A stretch of 62,987 bases of DNA, filler included, from Octopus bimaculoides (GCF_001194135.2; 7 parts of 7 records of this genome joined end to end with filler, not necessarily neighbours in it); one strand, 5' to 3'; positions 14,263 to 30,337 are shown, counted from the first letter of the whole stretch. Translations and numbers: made by a program. Notes: a model not told the origin generated them from the sequence alone.

Positions 14263-15564
14263 TATGTATGTATATGTGAGTGTGTGAGCGCGCGCGTATG
14301 TGTATTAATATTCAGTCATATATGTATATGTGTGTGTGTGTTTATGTTTCTTTAGTGACAGAGAATGAAGGAATAAGATAGATATATGGATACGTAGGTG
14401 TTCATGCGTGCATATATACACGTTCATACATATAAATGGGCGTGTATCTGTGATTAGACGCATACGTATAGTAATACATTGATTTCTATATATATGATCC
14501 TAAAATCACACGTCTAAAGAATACAGTTTCAAAGATAACCTTATAGCCAGCATACATAGCGATATTCATCATTGACTTACTTCCGATCCTGGCACGTGAA
14601 TGTTGTCTTATTTCTAAGCGTGAAACATATTAATGGAATTGTGACAAACATCGCCAAACAGCTGGAAATTGCAGACACGTTGTCGCACCCTCAAGACATC
14701 CAAGAACTTCAGACAACTACATATAATATGAAATTATATATTGGTATCTAAAGTTGTTATCAAATTCGAAAATAAATTTGATTACGTCTCAATGTAATTA
14801 TCAAAATATTAACCATTTTCAGCCAATCTGCTATATAAGTCTATATGCTAAATGCAAAAACAAATATTTTAGAACTAGGTCAAGCAGTGCTACATTACAG
14901 ATAAGGGTGGGGGGAATTCAAAGTACTTTCGGTAAAATTATATAATGTCAGTGTACCACGGGGCATATTGCAGTAACAGAGTATGATCACCAGAACTCAC
15001 GTTGCCTAACAGTTTACACATACGGTTATTTTCTGCAAACAGGTACAATACCTTTCGTAAGCCTGATGGAATTTTCAGTGACTGCTACAGCAAAAATAAC
15101 AAGCAAAAAAAAAAAGAAAAAAGAAAAAAACAGCAAAAATAACAGACAGAATAAATAGATTTAATGGACATTCATGATGGCACCATTAAATCAGATGTGC
15201 CCCCAAATCAGAGCGAAAGTAGAAGTCGATTGTCATATTATCTATGAAAGAATGTTTACACAGTACATGGAAAAGATTAATAATTGCAGACGTATTAACG
15301 ATATTATGCAAGATTAATCAACATGTAAATTGCTAAAATAAGTGTAAATAGTGTAATAAAAAGAATATTGCTAATACCGTACTTCGTTATACATAGTGAA
15401 TAAATACAATATGGCTGATTTATGGAATTCCCAGTTTATTGCAACAGTAGGTTCATAACGGAGCTTTCTCCTTCCAAATATATCCACCATCTATTGATGT
15501 GCTTCAAATGCTACACGCCTGAATTATATATCCGAACTCACTATATATGTATATGCAGTGTGTC

Positions 15565-15765
15565 TGCTTTTGTCCCCCCCCGCCATCGCTTGACAACCGA
15601 TGTTGGTGTGATTACGTTCCCTTAACTTAACGGATCGGCGAAAGCGATCGATGGAATAAGAACTAGGCTTATATAGAATAAGTCTCGGGGTCGATTTCTT
15701 CGACTAAAATGTGGTGCTCCATCATGGCCGCAGACAAATGACTGAAACAAGTAAAAGAATTAAAA
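15565..15765 (+). mobile_element. SINE family B, 3' half
   Basis: CCATCGCTTGACAACCGATG..GTGCTCCATCATGGCCGCAG..TGACTGAAACAAGTAAAAGA. Confidence 0.8.
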
Positions 15766-16058
15766 GAATAAGCATGAATATATATANNNNNNNNNNNNNN
15801 NNNNNNNNNNNNNNNNNNNNNNNNNNNNNNNNNNNNNNNNNNNNNNNNNNNNNNNNNNNNNNNNNNNNNNNNNNNNNNNNNNNNNNNNNNNNNNNNNNNN
15901 NNNNNNNNNNNNNNNNNNNNNNNNNNNNNNNNNNNNNNNNNNNNNNNNNNNNNNNNNNNNNNNNNNNNNNNNNNNNNNNNNNNNNNNNNNNNNNNNNNNN
16001 NNNNNNNNNNNNNNNNNNNNNNNNNNNNNNNNNNNNNNNNNNNNNNNNNNNNNNNNNN

Positions 16059-16123
<65 letters not shown>

Positions 16124-17361
16124 ACATATAACGTTTATATAATGAATTCTCCAACGAGATATACATGACCGAGTGGCTATGATCATTTCATTAGAGTGTA
16201 CCTAGGCGTTAAAACTCCGATCATCATTTATGATATACTGTCGAATGTCCAATTAATATTTCATCTCATTTTTTACGTATCGAATAGATTTATTTTTATT
16301 CGTCGAAATACAATAATATGTTGCTGTTCCTGCTGCTACTGCTGTCGATAAAATTATTCATTATAGAATTATATATTTATACTTTATTTTTCATTACGTT
16401 CCATCATTATTATACGAGTATTTTGCTCATTTGTTCATATATCTATTTTGTTGACAATAAACTATTGTTACATGAAACAAAAATCCGTGTTTTAACGGTC
16501 TACATTATATAAAATTCGTCTTCGCATTATGAAATTTATATATGTCTTCTGTTAAATTCATAATATTATATCCTGCAAATATTCAAATACTTATATGAAA
16601 TTATTTGTATTATTTCAATAAATTTCTTTTCATACTGCATACTATCGCTTTGTTGTAATACGAACTATGATATTAAACATAGGAATTCTTTTTCATTGGA
16701 TATTACTTTCATGTGTGATTTCATTTCATTTCAGCTTTTCTTTATTTTGCTCGCGGTTCTTTCTATACAGTGATATGTTAGACAGGTATTATATGTCGAA
16801 AATGTACGAATTTCCCCGGAATTAGCTTCAGTCTCCAGGCTTCGAACAGCACGAAATCTGAAATATTAGTGCTATGCATCTGTATAATGTGACATACCTA
16901 CTGCGCCGTTCAGCCTCTCAAAAGGTTACAAGATAATACATACATACATATAAATATATATATATAAACATACACACACACATACATATATGTACATATA
17001 TATANNNNNNNNNNNNNNNNNNNNNNNNNNNNNNNNNNNNNNNNNNNNNNNNNNNNNNNNNNNNNNNNNNNNNNNNNNNNNNNNNNNNNNNNNNNNNNNN
17101 NNNNNNNNNNNNNNNNNNNNNNNNNNNNNNNNNNNNNNNNNNNNNNNNNNNNNNNNNNNNNNNNNNNNNNNNNNNNNNNNNNNNNNNNNNNNNNNNNNNN
17201 NNNNNNNNNNNNNNNNNNNNNNNNNNNNNNNNNNNNNNNNNNNNNNNNNNNNNNNNNNNNNNNNNNNNNNNNNNNNNNNNNNNNNNNNNNNNNNNNNNNN
17301 NNNNNNNNNNNNNNNNNNNNNNNNNNNNNNNNNNNNNNNATATATATATATATAATATATA

Positions 17362-17710
17362 TATGCGTAGTCGGACCAAATGTACCAAGACTGTTGCCAT
17401 AGTAAAGAACCAGAGATTCGTCTTGGACTCTTTGTACGGCATGCCATCTATGATTTAGCATTCGAGCTCATTTTCGCTGTTTAAAGCAATGCTTGCTTGG
17501 AAGGAACGTGTGAGGCGTGTGATCGTTGCATTGGCCATGAACCTGCATCACATTTTGCCAAAATCTTGTTGATACATGCTCAAAGGCCAACGCAAAGTTG
17601 CAGAAAAGTGTATGGAGAGGAGTGTACGAAACGTGAATCAAGAAAACTGAGAAAAATATCGCAGATATGTGTGCATCTGTGAGGGTAAATCGTCGACTCA
17701 CCATCTGTTA
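17362..17710 (+). mobile_element. Mariner (irritans-like) 5' relic, internally deleted
   Basis: Encodes ITFCQNLVDTC..KVYGEEC and VRVNRRLTI. Shares TGTTGCCATA and CTTGGAAGGAACGTGTG with the copy at 30438-31065. Confidence 0.65.
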
Positions 17711-19981
17711 TGTTTTTCTGGACACTCACGATTCACTCACTTCTCGTATTAAAATTTAATAAATTCTCTCTTCTATCCGTAATGCCTCGACTTAATCGTC
17801 CAACTAATATTGACTTTTTCTTGCTCCGAGAGCTATTTTAATATAACGAATTACGCAATATGTTAAAAGTGATCATGAAATGGACTGACATGATGCATGT
17901 GTTTTAAGGGTTTTTCAAGTCACTCTCACAATGTACACACGGTAAGTTGCTTTGGCCAGTCTTCCAGTTACCCAAGAACATATCAATTATAGAAATGTTG
18001 TAAATCATATAACAAATCCAGTATAATGATGTATTTAACTCTTATGAAATACGTAAGATCGTACACAAAGATAGAGAAGGCGTTTGAGCTTCACGAAAGC
18101 TATAACGAACTCAGTGATTTTGATTTTTACTTATGAGAAGTCTAAGGTTCCCTTCTTGTATTGAACCTTTGCAAAACAGATAAAGATTTTAACGTCGCTG
18201 TCTCAAATTAACATCGCCGTGTCTCATGAGAACAACTGGAATTTCACAAAGATCTTGGCAATTGCAATTATCAAACGTGTCTACGAATTTTCCTTTGAAT
18301 TGACTCTGTTCCATCAATTTCTTTTATAAGCCATTCTTGAAATCTTCGAATGTTTTGTCCACAAATTTAGACACAAAAATTAAACATTTATGTTTGATAC
18401 TCACGCACACCATAGACTGATTCATTTTGGTTAAACGTTACCATATATTGTTTTGTTGTTTATCACCAACCATCATCGTTGTATTTTGCTAAATATAGTA
18501 ATGCAGTTAGTCACGTATTTTTGAGTATAGATCTGAAACATTCGGGTTCAAACTTCAATTGTAGCTAAGTCGTGTAACAGTAAATCTATTCCAAAGCAGT
18601 TGTAGTTGCCAATAATTTTGGTTATCGTGAAGCAGAGAAATGTACGATGTTTCAGATTATACGTCTAAGTAGACAGGTGACATATTCATGAGTTCTCGTT
18701 ATTCTAATATGCAGTAGAAGGACTGAATGCAAATAGCGGCAGGTGACTCATTTTTTCACGCTATTCAGTGTGTTTTGAATATTACAGAAACATGGACACA
18801 AACAAATGTATATGCACACACACGTCAACACGCATACACACGTGCCCAACGAAACATAAAAAAAAGAAAAAACACTTCAATTTAAAGCCCCTCATTTCCT
18901 TTTAAATTACTTTCATCACTATAGTATGGAATCTAAATCGAATATCTTAAATACTGATTAAGAAATAACTGAATAGGCATATTGTTAGTTGATGCAGCGC
19001 TCCATGTAGAAAACATCGGGCGAGCAAACACCTAGAGATTTCGATCAGTGTGTAACACACCTTTTCTGTTCAGGATAATCGATTTTATATACGACGGAAA
19101 GAGCCATTGATCTTAAGGTGTTTCAAACCGGATTTTGCTGTCACTACTGGCAACATGAGGGAAACCTTATCCATATCGTTGCGTTGAATGACTGCTCAAT
19201 AAAACCCCTGACAGTATTTTTGTTATTGTGCGGCAGCTTTTGTGGCTTTTCATTCTGCGAGGTCAAATTTACCTTTCTTTCATGGTAGTTAAAATAAAAT
19301 GCCAGCTGAATCCTGGAGTTGATGTAAGACTGCTGTTATGACAAACTTAGGAAGAATCATGATAATTATTGTGCTTCGTGTTATATTTTATCAACTGCCA
19401 ATAAGCATGATTCAGTTTATTACCCAAATACTTATATTTTTTGCTTCTTCCACTTGCAAACGAATCTATCGAATTTACATCTATGCAGCCGCAACCGCAC
19501 TTCGCCAAAAGTATTTTACATATACGAACGATCTAATTAAGCAAGTATGGAATATATGTCATAATATATTACAACTACTGCTTGATAAATTCTGACGCTT
19601 TACTACATGGCATTTAGTGTCCTATTAATATTCCAGCGGAAATAAACATTACATGTCCAACTAATTAAATAGATTCTATGAGATGCCTTAGAATATTTAT
19701 GATCATGTATGTATTGAATTATCGTTTAAAGGACATCATTTTAAATGTGTCTTGGATGTAATATGGCATCTCTAAAACATTACGAGAAGTATGTACCCAA
19801 AGGAATGCACGAATTGGCTGTGACATATGACCATCCGTTAGTAAAAATCGATTGATAGTGTATATATATACATAAATTCAAGAAAAGAGATACGTGTGCA
19901 TGCATACATGTATATCATCAAACAGACACACACACACATTTCCTCTCTCTCTCTCTCTCTCTCGCTCTCTCTCTCTCTCGC

Positions 19982-20025
<44 letters not shown>

Positions 20026-20418
20026 TCTCTCTCTCTCTCTCTCACTCTCTCTCTCTCTCTCTATCTCTCTGTCACCTACACATATATATTTATATATGTA
20101 TGATATTTTAATTACTTTTTAACATTTTGACGGTTTCTTTTTTAACTTAGTATTTCAGTATATCTTCCTTCATTATCTCATGTGGAACTGCTATTTTGCA
20201 GGGATAGAAAGATGCAAAATACAACGCATACACCCTTTCATACTGTTATGTCTCAAGCTACTGCTATCTAGCACCTTCGGACGATCTCTACTCAACTGCA
20301 ACACGACTGCTACTCAACAGTCACTCAACTCCTCTACCCCGGTTAGACTACCGCTATTTATAAGTCTTGCGCGATCCTACTTCTTCGCTTTGGGGCGTCG
20401 ACACAACACATACAGACA

Positions 20419-20455
<37 letters not shown>

Positions 20456-20872
20456 NNNNNNNNNNNNNNNNNNNNNNNNNNNNNNNNNNNNNNNNNNNNN
20501 NNNNNNNNNNNNNNNNNNNNNNNNNNNNNNNNNNNNNNNNNNNNNNNNNNNNNNNNNNNNNNNNNNNNNNNNNNNNNNNNNNNNNNNNNNNNNNNNNNNN
20601 NNNNNNNNNNNNNNNNNNNNNNNNNNNNNNNNNNNNNNNNNNNNNNNNNNNNNNNNNNNNNNNNNNNNNNNNNNNNNNNNNNNNNNNNNNNNNNNNNNNN
20701 NNNNNNNNNNNNNNNNNNNNNNNNNNNNNNNNNNNNNNNNNNNNNNNNNNNNNNNNNNNNNNNNNNNNNNNNNNNNNNNNNNNNNNNNNNNNNNNNNNNN
20801 NNNNNNNNNNNNNNNNNNNNNNNNNNNNNNNNNNNNNNNNNNNNNNNNNNNNNNNNNNNNNNNNNNNNNNNN

Positions 20873-20911
<39 letters not shown>

Positions 20912-22316
20912 ATAAACTAAAAATACGTCTCCGTTAGAATTTGAAATAAAGTATTTCGTCCACCAGGTTACGTTTTCTACACCATCATGAGGAAATGCAT
21001 ATTGCCAAATAATAGATAAATCGTACACAAAAATTGATGAAACAATAACATATGATTTCCTGTCTCCGAGTCATGGCAATAATTTATTAGTAATTTTTTT
21101 TTGTTTTGTCGCGTTCATGTTATTTCTAAAATAGGATTATCTTCTATTTTGTTTTTAATGAGCAAAGTAATTACTTGTGAATTCGCTGTGAAATAATTCA
21201 GGAGATTTTATTTGGTACAGTGAATTTCACACATTTCTAAGTCAGTCATCTATTTGTGATACACCTAATAGATAAAATATTAGTTGCAGAATTCATTCTC
21301 TCTACACTACTGATGTGCATAAAAAAATTGCTGGTGTCACTCGTGACGCTGTATTTATAGATCTCTTGACTGCTTCTTGCACGAGCAGTATCTCCCTTTA
21401 TTAACATATAAAATGAATACATAGATCAGGTGCTTACAAAGAAGTCGTAAAACATGCTAGCGTTGGGAAGCATATTTTATATGAAGAAATTATTCGATAG
21501 CAATAATCATATCACTGCATGAGTAAAGTAACTGAATGTATAAGGATAAAAAACGTTTGTCAGTATATTTTAGATGATCTCACTTTTTGATAAGAAAACA
21601 GCATCAAACCAAATATCTAAAATTTTCATGTTCACATATAATCATTGCGTAATATTTATTTGGCCAAAATATCACGCTATCTGTTTCAAGACTGAACCTT
21701 AGATTTACTGGAAAAATCTATCTGAAAAAATATCAGAACTGTCCCCACTAAATAATTAAAGTCAAGTGCCTTCAATTTAAGAATTTTTTAGAAAACACTG
21801 CTGGAAATATATCGTTGGGATTCAAAGACTCAACAGGATTAAAAAATATCTATGATATCGGCCCGGAGAAACTAAATTGCAGACGTATAAAGTGGTAATG
21901 CAATGTGTTACTATATAAAGGATGCTATAGACGTAATCGCTATCATTGTATACATGGTTATAATATAATACACAACGCACTTGTTAGATTTCGACCTTTA
22001 TTGATGGTTGAAGTGAAAGGTGTATTGAAAGGAGAATAACAGTCAAAACAGAAAGGTACTATATGGCTTTTAGTTAGATGTTAACAAACATTGTATCTAG
22101 CTATATATCTCCCTAATTATGAGGCCCATTATTTTAGATTTTAAAGATTGGTTTAGAGAATCTTCACAAACAGTATACACACTCGCATGGGCGCACACAC
22201 ACATACACACACGCATACACACACATATTTATAACTGTAGTGATCGTAGAAATTATTTCTCTCTGCATCTGTCTCTCTCTCTATATATATATATATAAAC
22301 ATACATATATATTAAA

Positions 22317-22348
<32 letters not shown>

Positions 22349-23618
22349 ATGTATATATACATATATATATATAATGTATATATACATATATATATACANN
22401 NNNNNNNNNNNNNNNNNNNNNNNNNNNNNNNNNNNNNNNNNNNNNNNNNNNNNNNNNNNNNNNNNNNNNNNNNNNNNNNNNNNNNNNNNNNNNNNNNNNN
22501 NNNNNNNNNNNNNNNNNNNNNNNNNNNNNNNNNNNNNNNNNNNNNNNNNNNNNNNNNNNNNNNNNNNNNNNNNATATATATATATATATATATACATGTA
22601 TGCATTTCTACGCACGTATAACTTATAATCTAGGTTTTCTATGAGACATAAGAGTGTATATCGTATTGAAAGAGGCTTTCATCTCCCATTGAGCTCTGCT
22701 GCTTAAAAACATCATTACACCCACATACACTAACACATACATATATATTACGCTGACGTATATATATATACTCATATACAAAGATACATGAGTAAATGTA
22801 TATGATTCAAATACAGGTGAACCTATACCGCCACATACATAAGCATAAAATTTCACCGTAAGAAGACACGACCATAAATATCACATACGCATTTCAACAT
22901 GTGTAAACATATAGATGAATACTTGTGATATTGATCATTATTTGTACGTAACTGTTACCTTTCTAGCTATTTCTCCAACATATGTGACGCTTTACTGGAA
23001 ATGATATATGTAACGAATACCGATACATGTATTGATTGTATACGCGGCTAATAACTTTCCACTTGGTATTAAGATTCTTTATTTGAATAGTGCTACATAC
23101 GTAAATATGTATTCATGTATTATACTTACACACACATACACATACATATATATATTTATATATAAATTGCGCATAATGTACGAGCCTGTGGAGAAACTAA
23201 AGAATTAAGTGATCAATATTTCTGAATTTACAGATATAAACATTCACATATAAAAAGCACACATACAAAAACCCACGCGCACTCAGGAAAAAAAAGGCGC
23301 GGTCATAAATGTCTATACCCGTAACAATATATTCAAATATACATTTAGGCATATAAGTACATGCATCTATATATATATACATATATGATTATATATATGC
23401 ATATATATGTAGTATATGCACATACATGTTCGTACTATATATATTTTTTATATATATGCATANNNNNNNNNNNNNNNNNNNNNNNNNTATATATATATAT
23501 ATAAACAGAGAGAACGAGTTAGATGTCGTTTACCAATTTATTGTTTCTGTCAAGTTTAAGCTGAATAATGTATTCATATATACAAAGGCACGCGTACGTA
23601 TCTGTATATATGTACGTA

Positions 23619-23666
<48 letters not shown>

Positions 23667-25010
23667 CATCTATCTATCTAAATATATTTATATATACATA
23701 TATGATTATATATATGCATATATATGTAGTATATGCACATACATGTTCGTACTATATATATTTTTTATATATATGCATATATATATATATATGTGTGTGT
23801 GTATGTTTGTGTGTGTGTGTATACATATTTGCATATATAGGCATATGTAGGTATATATTTATATATGTGTATTTTCATACAAATTCTTCTGTGTTCGTGA
23901 ACGTAAGCGTTTAACTTCTGAATATTAAGTATGTTAAAATAAGGAACGAGTGAAAAAAAAAAATCAAAAAAAAACGTGTGCCACAAATATTATTGTTAAC
24001 AATATCGTTCATAGAAATGTATTTTGCACTAAGCAGCGTTTGATATAACACTAAAAATGACATTCCAAAAGAAATAAATATGAATCAATACATTTATTAC
24101 AAAGCCGTAAGCATGTTTTACTGCTGGAGAACATAGTATGAAATATACTCACGTACGCTGCATACGTAGCAAATGTACTTTCATCTGTCTTTCTCTTTCC
24201 CTCTGTTTCTCTGTATATATAAACACACATTTATATATGTATATGGTGTTTGAAGTGGTATACAGATATTGTTTATTAAGAAAAAGAGCCTGTCAGGATT
24301 TTTGATAATTCTTTAAACGAACGAAAGCGCTAATAAATTATTATCCGATATGCTCACTGCCTTTCTTTTCTTAAAACTTTTCCTGAAAGTGTAGCAAAAT
24401 AAACGGTGGTGCCCCAGCATTGCCGCAGTCATTAGGCTGGCCATAAAAGAAAGTATATATACGAATACTTATGTACGTACACCCCTGTAGAGATATCTGT
24501 ATTTAAACAAGTATGTATGTCCATTTTTAAGGGTATAATTTTTTAATGATTACGTATACCACAATGCTTATGTCTGCATATGCCTAGCGTTGTTTGTAGA
24601 GGGAGAAAAAAGACGGCCTGTTTTCATGAACCGAAAGAATCCCTTCGATAAACAATTACACAATTTGCAAGAAGCACAACATTTTTTCTACCGATATGCC
24701 GATAAAATGTTTCTCTCAATACTCACACACTTTTCTGTATATAGATTCAAGCAGGCGACTAATTTATAGCGCAATAGACACAAGACTGCACCACAATATG
24801 AAAATTGAAATGAAGCACCGATTACATATCACCCAATTGCCTTTTGCATAGAACTGTACGTTCATTTCTGAACTTCTATTAAAATTTCGAGAATATGAAG
24901 AGAACATGTTACATTAAAAAACAACGCTAACATAAATAAATGAACAATATATATGTGTGTATGCATGTGTGTGTCAGTGGTTGTATACGTACTTACGTGC
25001 ATATATGCAT

Positions 25011-25041
<31 letters not shown>

Positions 25042-26020
25042 TATNNNNNNNNNNNNNNNNNNNNNNNNNNNNNNNNNNNNNNNNNNNNNNNNNNNNNNNN
25101 NNNNNNNNNNNNNNNNNNNNNNNNNNNNNNNNNNNNNNNNNNNNNNNNNNNNNNNNNNNNNNNNNNNNNNNNNNNNNNNNNNNNNNNNNNNNNNNNNNNN
25201 NNNNNNATATGTATGCGTACGACATATATACTCATATACTACGTTCCAACGATAGAGCCTTGTTATATATTTGTTAAACCTACAATATGTATAAGTACAT
25301 GAATATATTTTCGGCTAAATTATACTGCCAAAAACATTTATTCTGTGAAAACGTATTTTTAAATATCTATTTTACACATATAAATACAACGTATAAATCT
25401 ATTTTCTATTTGTGCTCATAAGTTAAACTTGTCTTACACAAAAAGTATACATATATAAAAAAAACAAGTCAGAATGAAAGAAGTTACGAAACAGGATAGC
25501 ATATTCTTGTTTTGCATATAGACAATTTGTCCGCGTTTCTATTCATGTGTCTATAAAGCGGCTAAAATAGTGTTTTGTAGGAGAAGAAAAAAATCATATT
25601 TAACTGCCTCATGTCACACATGTGCATTCTCAAACTTCCTTCCAATATTTCGTCATATCGGTGTTTCACACTAAAGATCATTATTCTTTTGACATCAAAC
25701 GTTTTTTCTTTTGTTATTTTTTCCTCAGATTTCTAGTTATATGCCTTATTGTTCAACTTCAAAAAAGTTATCCTTATCTAAGTACCGCCAGGGATGTTAC
25801 GTTAATTTTTTCTTTCATATTTATTCTTTATCATGACAATTACTTTTCCATCTGAGCTTCCAAATTAATTTGCTTTCCATTCATCACTTGTCCAATTCTT
25901 AATTGGCCATATTAATTATATAACATCGAAACGTGTTTTAATACTCCCACTTACTTTATTCGCTATCAATCTGTATGGCAAACACATTTCCCTTAGAAAA
26001 TACCGATTTTCTCTTGCCGC

Positions 26021-26218
26021 GGCGGTGAGCTGGCAGAAGCATTAGCTGGAGGTGTGAAATGTTTAGCGGCAATACGTCAGTCTTTACGTTCACGGTACAA
26101 ATTCTGCTAAGGTCCACTGTGTCTTTCATCCTTTCGAGATCCATAAACTAAGTTACAGCTGAGGACTGGGGTTGATGTGACACCCTGCCCGCTGAACTTT
26201 CTGGCTTTGTGTCATAGT
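26021..26218 (+). mobile_element. SINE family A (a further head fragment at about 26338-26410)
   Basis: GGCGGTGAGCTGGCAGAAG head, CTTTCATCCTTTCGAG core, ACTGGGGTTGATGT. Confidence 0.7.
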
Positions 26219-26596
26219 TTCAAATAAATATTTCATTTCCACGTTAGGTAACCTCTTCTGGTTTTTACAATCCCAAATATAAATGATGTACTTTTCCGCA
26301 ACCTGCCTCTTCAAAACTTAGTCGCAAAGAAGATTACCTGGCAAAATCATTATCAGAACCAGCAAAATGTTTAACAGCATTTCGTCTGTCTTTACGTTCT
26401 GAGTTCAAATGACGCGGGGTTTTTTTTTTCAACATTTTAAAAATCATTTATACGAGATTTGTGTTCACATCCAGTAAGCTATTGACATGTACAAACATCC
26501 ATATAAGTGCGAATATATTTAAGAGCATGTATGTATATACATACATATATGCATATATATATATGTAAGTATTCTATATATATATATATGTATATA

Positions 26597-26651
<55 letters not shown>

Positions 26652-27451
26652 TTATATACACATGTATATATACATATGCATTTATGTATACATATGTATG
26701 TATGTCTGTATACATGAATACATTTATATATGTACGCATATGAATATGTGATATGTACATATGCAGACATCTTTGCATTCTAAACAACATCAAATTTATT
26801 TAAACAACGCGGTAATTATATTTTCTATAGCAAGCATTTTCGAATTCACAACGATGTTAATATTAATGCATTAATTATACATCTGTTATCTCTGATATGG
26901 CGTATAAAATCGAAATTTATATTTTCCCTTTCATTATTTCCCATATTAATCTTCTATATATTTATTTGATGGTGATTTCAAAAATCATTCTTTGCCATTT
27001 ATGCAAGGTATGCAAACATTACGCAATATGTTTTTTCATCTAATTTACATTAAAGTATTACGTAACCTCATTTGATTTCATTGTCTCAGTTTTATGAAAC
27101 ATTTATCCTATTTGATCTACTCCAATTCCACATCCGTAATGAATATTATATTGCTTTCACAATTTTAATTCCATTGTTGATAATAAAATAGAATCATTCC
27201 AGTACATGTCACATCAAAATGGTAATTTCAGTACTCAAAGACTTTCTATGTGTGATGTACACTAATATGTTGTACGTGTATGCGTTAAGAGAGAATTCTA
27301 GTTATAACAAATAGTCATGGCTGTGAACATATGATAGTTGTTTTATTTCAGGTTAAATAAATCCCCAAATTATTCATTGGGTTGGCAGATTTTTGATTTG
27401 ATAAGAAAATGTAATGTGCGTGGTTTGTTGCGCAGTGCGGAAGTTCAAACA

Positions 27452-27660
27452 TGCTTTTCTACTCTAGGCACAAGGCCCGAAATTTTGGGAGGGAGGCAGT
27501 CCATTAGATCGACCCCAATATACAACTGGTACTTAATTTATCGAGACCAAAAGGATGAAAGGCAAAGTCGACCTCGACGAAATTTGAACTCAGAACGTAG
27601 CGGCAGGCGAAACAACGCTAAGCATTTCGCCCGGCGTGCTAACGTTTCTGCCAGCTCGCT
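27452..27660 (-). mobile_element. SINE family A, near full length
   Basis: Reverse complement of the 34223/37243 element (GGATGAAAGGCAAAGTCGACCTCG..TTTGAACTCAGAACGTA..TTCTGCCAGCTCGC). Confidence 0.85.
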
Positions 27661-28599
27661 ACTTTGAAGTACAAACAAATTAACGAAGGAATGGACCAAA
27701 TGAGAGTAGAATGTAAGTCAGGCAATCGGATAGAAAGAACAACGGATTATGCAGCCTAATATGTGTGTGTGTGTGTCTGTCAGCAGTATTCAGTAACCTT
27801 TCAGTTTAATGAAAAGTAGTTTTTATTAGAACATAAAACGGAAGTTTGTGGCCACTTTTGTCCGTCTTCAATCAGGTACATACCTAATTTCCTATGCTGT
27901 CATCACAGCAATCCTACGTTGACGAATTCTTGTACCTCTTTGTAGAATATATAGTAAGTTATAATAGGTACCTGGTTTAAAAAGAAAATATGTAATGTGG
28001 ACGATTCGGTCAATTAAACACTTCACGAGGGTACCCCAGCACAGATTCAGGCAAGTAAAAGGAACAGGTGCAATGATGAAAAAAATACAAGCAGGGCCGT
28101 TTGTTTAAACGCTTGTTCCTCTCGATCTCTGCCTGTATCTGTCTCTTTAGTTTTAAAATACCAACGCCATTAGAACCTATACGATCATTATTTAATGATA
28201 CCGATATTGCGTCGATCTCCAGCTCGACATCTTGCATCATAAACGAAATAATGTGGCTTGTTGGCTGAAATCTGTAAGATTAACGAATAAATGTGACAGC
28301 AATAATAACAAAAGCCACGGCACCGAAGTGAAAGAAAACCAAAAAAATAATTAAAAAAACAAAAAAAACAACAACGGCAATAAACACAATTGCTAAAAAC
28401 AATGGCGTGACACATTAGAACAGTCAGAACGTTAATGAAGTTCGAAGCGAAAACAACATCAACAGAAGATTTTAAAGACAGAAAACACTATCAAGAAGTA
28501 CCACGAGAAAGATGGCCGTCATCACCACTATCATGTTAACATCAACAACAATAACTGCGATTCGAATATCAGTTTTGAAAGTTGCGGAATGATAATATT

Positions 28600-29090
<491 letters not shown>

Positions 29091-29093
29091 GGA

Positions 29094-29214
29094 GAATCAC
29101 CACGTCGCGCACTTATGGTTGTGATGCATGTGCCTTATCAGACAGATTTCCATGATGGTTTCGGATATTCGTACCCCAGTGTCACTCTGATGGCATGCAT
29201 TGCCCTCTCACTCA
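29094..29214 (+). mobile_element. Interspersed element 3' terminus ending in (TAA)n (family D)
   Basis: Reverse complement matches 58922-59050 (GAGTGAGAG..GCATGCCATCA.AGTGA.ACTG..CCATCATG..GTCTGATAAGG); both copies abut (TAA)n at the same end. Confidence 0.6.
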
Positions 29215-29316
29215 ATAATAACAACAGCAGCAACAGCAACAACAACAATAATAATAATGATGATGATGCTGATGATGATGATGATGATAATGACGATGAT
29301 GATCATAATAATAATG

Positions 29317-29380
<64 letters not shown>

Positions 29381-30337
29381 CGACGACAAGGATGATGGTG
29401 ATGATAATATTAATATTGTTATTAACCTCTCGCTTAATCACGCGGCAACAAATCTCGTTGCGTAGCCATATTGAATGATCTACATACTTTTCTCAGGGCA
29501 GAGGTGGTTTAACGCACAATTGATCATTAATGATGACAGCAATAACAATAGCAATTCCATTTAAAGCATTGATTTTTAAAACGAAAATTGATCGGTAATT
29601 TGAAACAGGAGTAAGCATAAGGAGGCAAAAAAAAAAAAACAGACTTAACAGAACTCGCGTATAGCTATCTAACAGAAATAATTATAAAAGAAACACCATA
29701 TTCTATATAAGTTATATATGCGAGCACAGACGATAATGGCTGGTGTATTTTGAAGAGAAGAAAAATAAGAGAAATATATTAATTTCGTAATTGTTGTAGA
29801 TGTTACGAAGACAAATATGTGCTAAGAATACATGTAATTCGTTTACGTCATGTATTAGAAGTTAGTGCTTTCCGTCAACATGTTTTCTTTTATTGAGCAG
29901 ACTTTCATTGCAGCCCTAAATAATTTATACAGTTTATGAATACAAGTTGGAAACTTTCAGGCGGGAAAAAAAAAATAACTCGATTAATCTAATTACGTTG
30001 TGACATGTAAGGTTCACATGGGTTATTATTACGAGTATTTTATAGGTCTACAAACATAGAAACATATATATATATATATATACATACATGAATGTATATA
30101 TATACACACACACATATATATATAAGCAACGTATTAAATGGAAGTCAGAATATTCACTTTAATAAGCACCTGGAAGTGGTATTAAAACTAGCAACTGCTT
30201 ATGTCTACTGCTCACCTATTCCGAATACAATGAACCAGAAAAATGGCTGCACACCAATTCGTTGGATGCTCAAACGATTTTCGAAACGTATTGGTGTGTT
30301 ATTTTATCGAACCCTACAAAACATAAGAAATATATAA

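Noticed and set aside
14750-15050. Possible GIY-YIG relic
   Set aside because: No convincing catalytic motif in any frame.
23380-23778. Identical stretch of about 85 bp duplicated 317 bp apart
   Set aside because: The first copy ends at a 25-N gap; most likely unmerged contig overlap or haplotypes.
24481-24500. ACCCCTGTAGAG resembling miR-10/miR-993 5p
   Set aside because: Only a 9-nt match, diverging afterwards, with no complementary star arm nearby.
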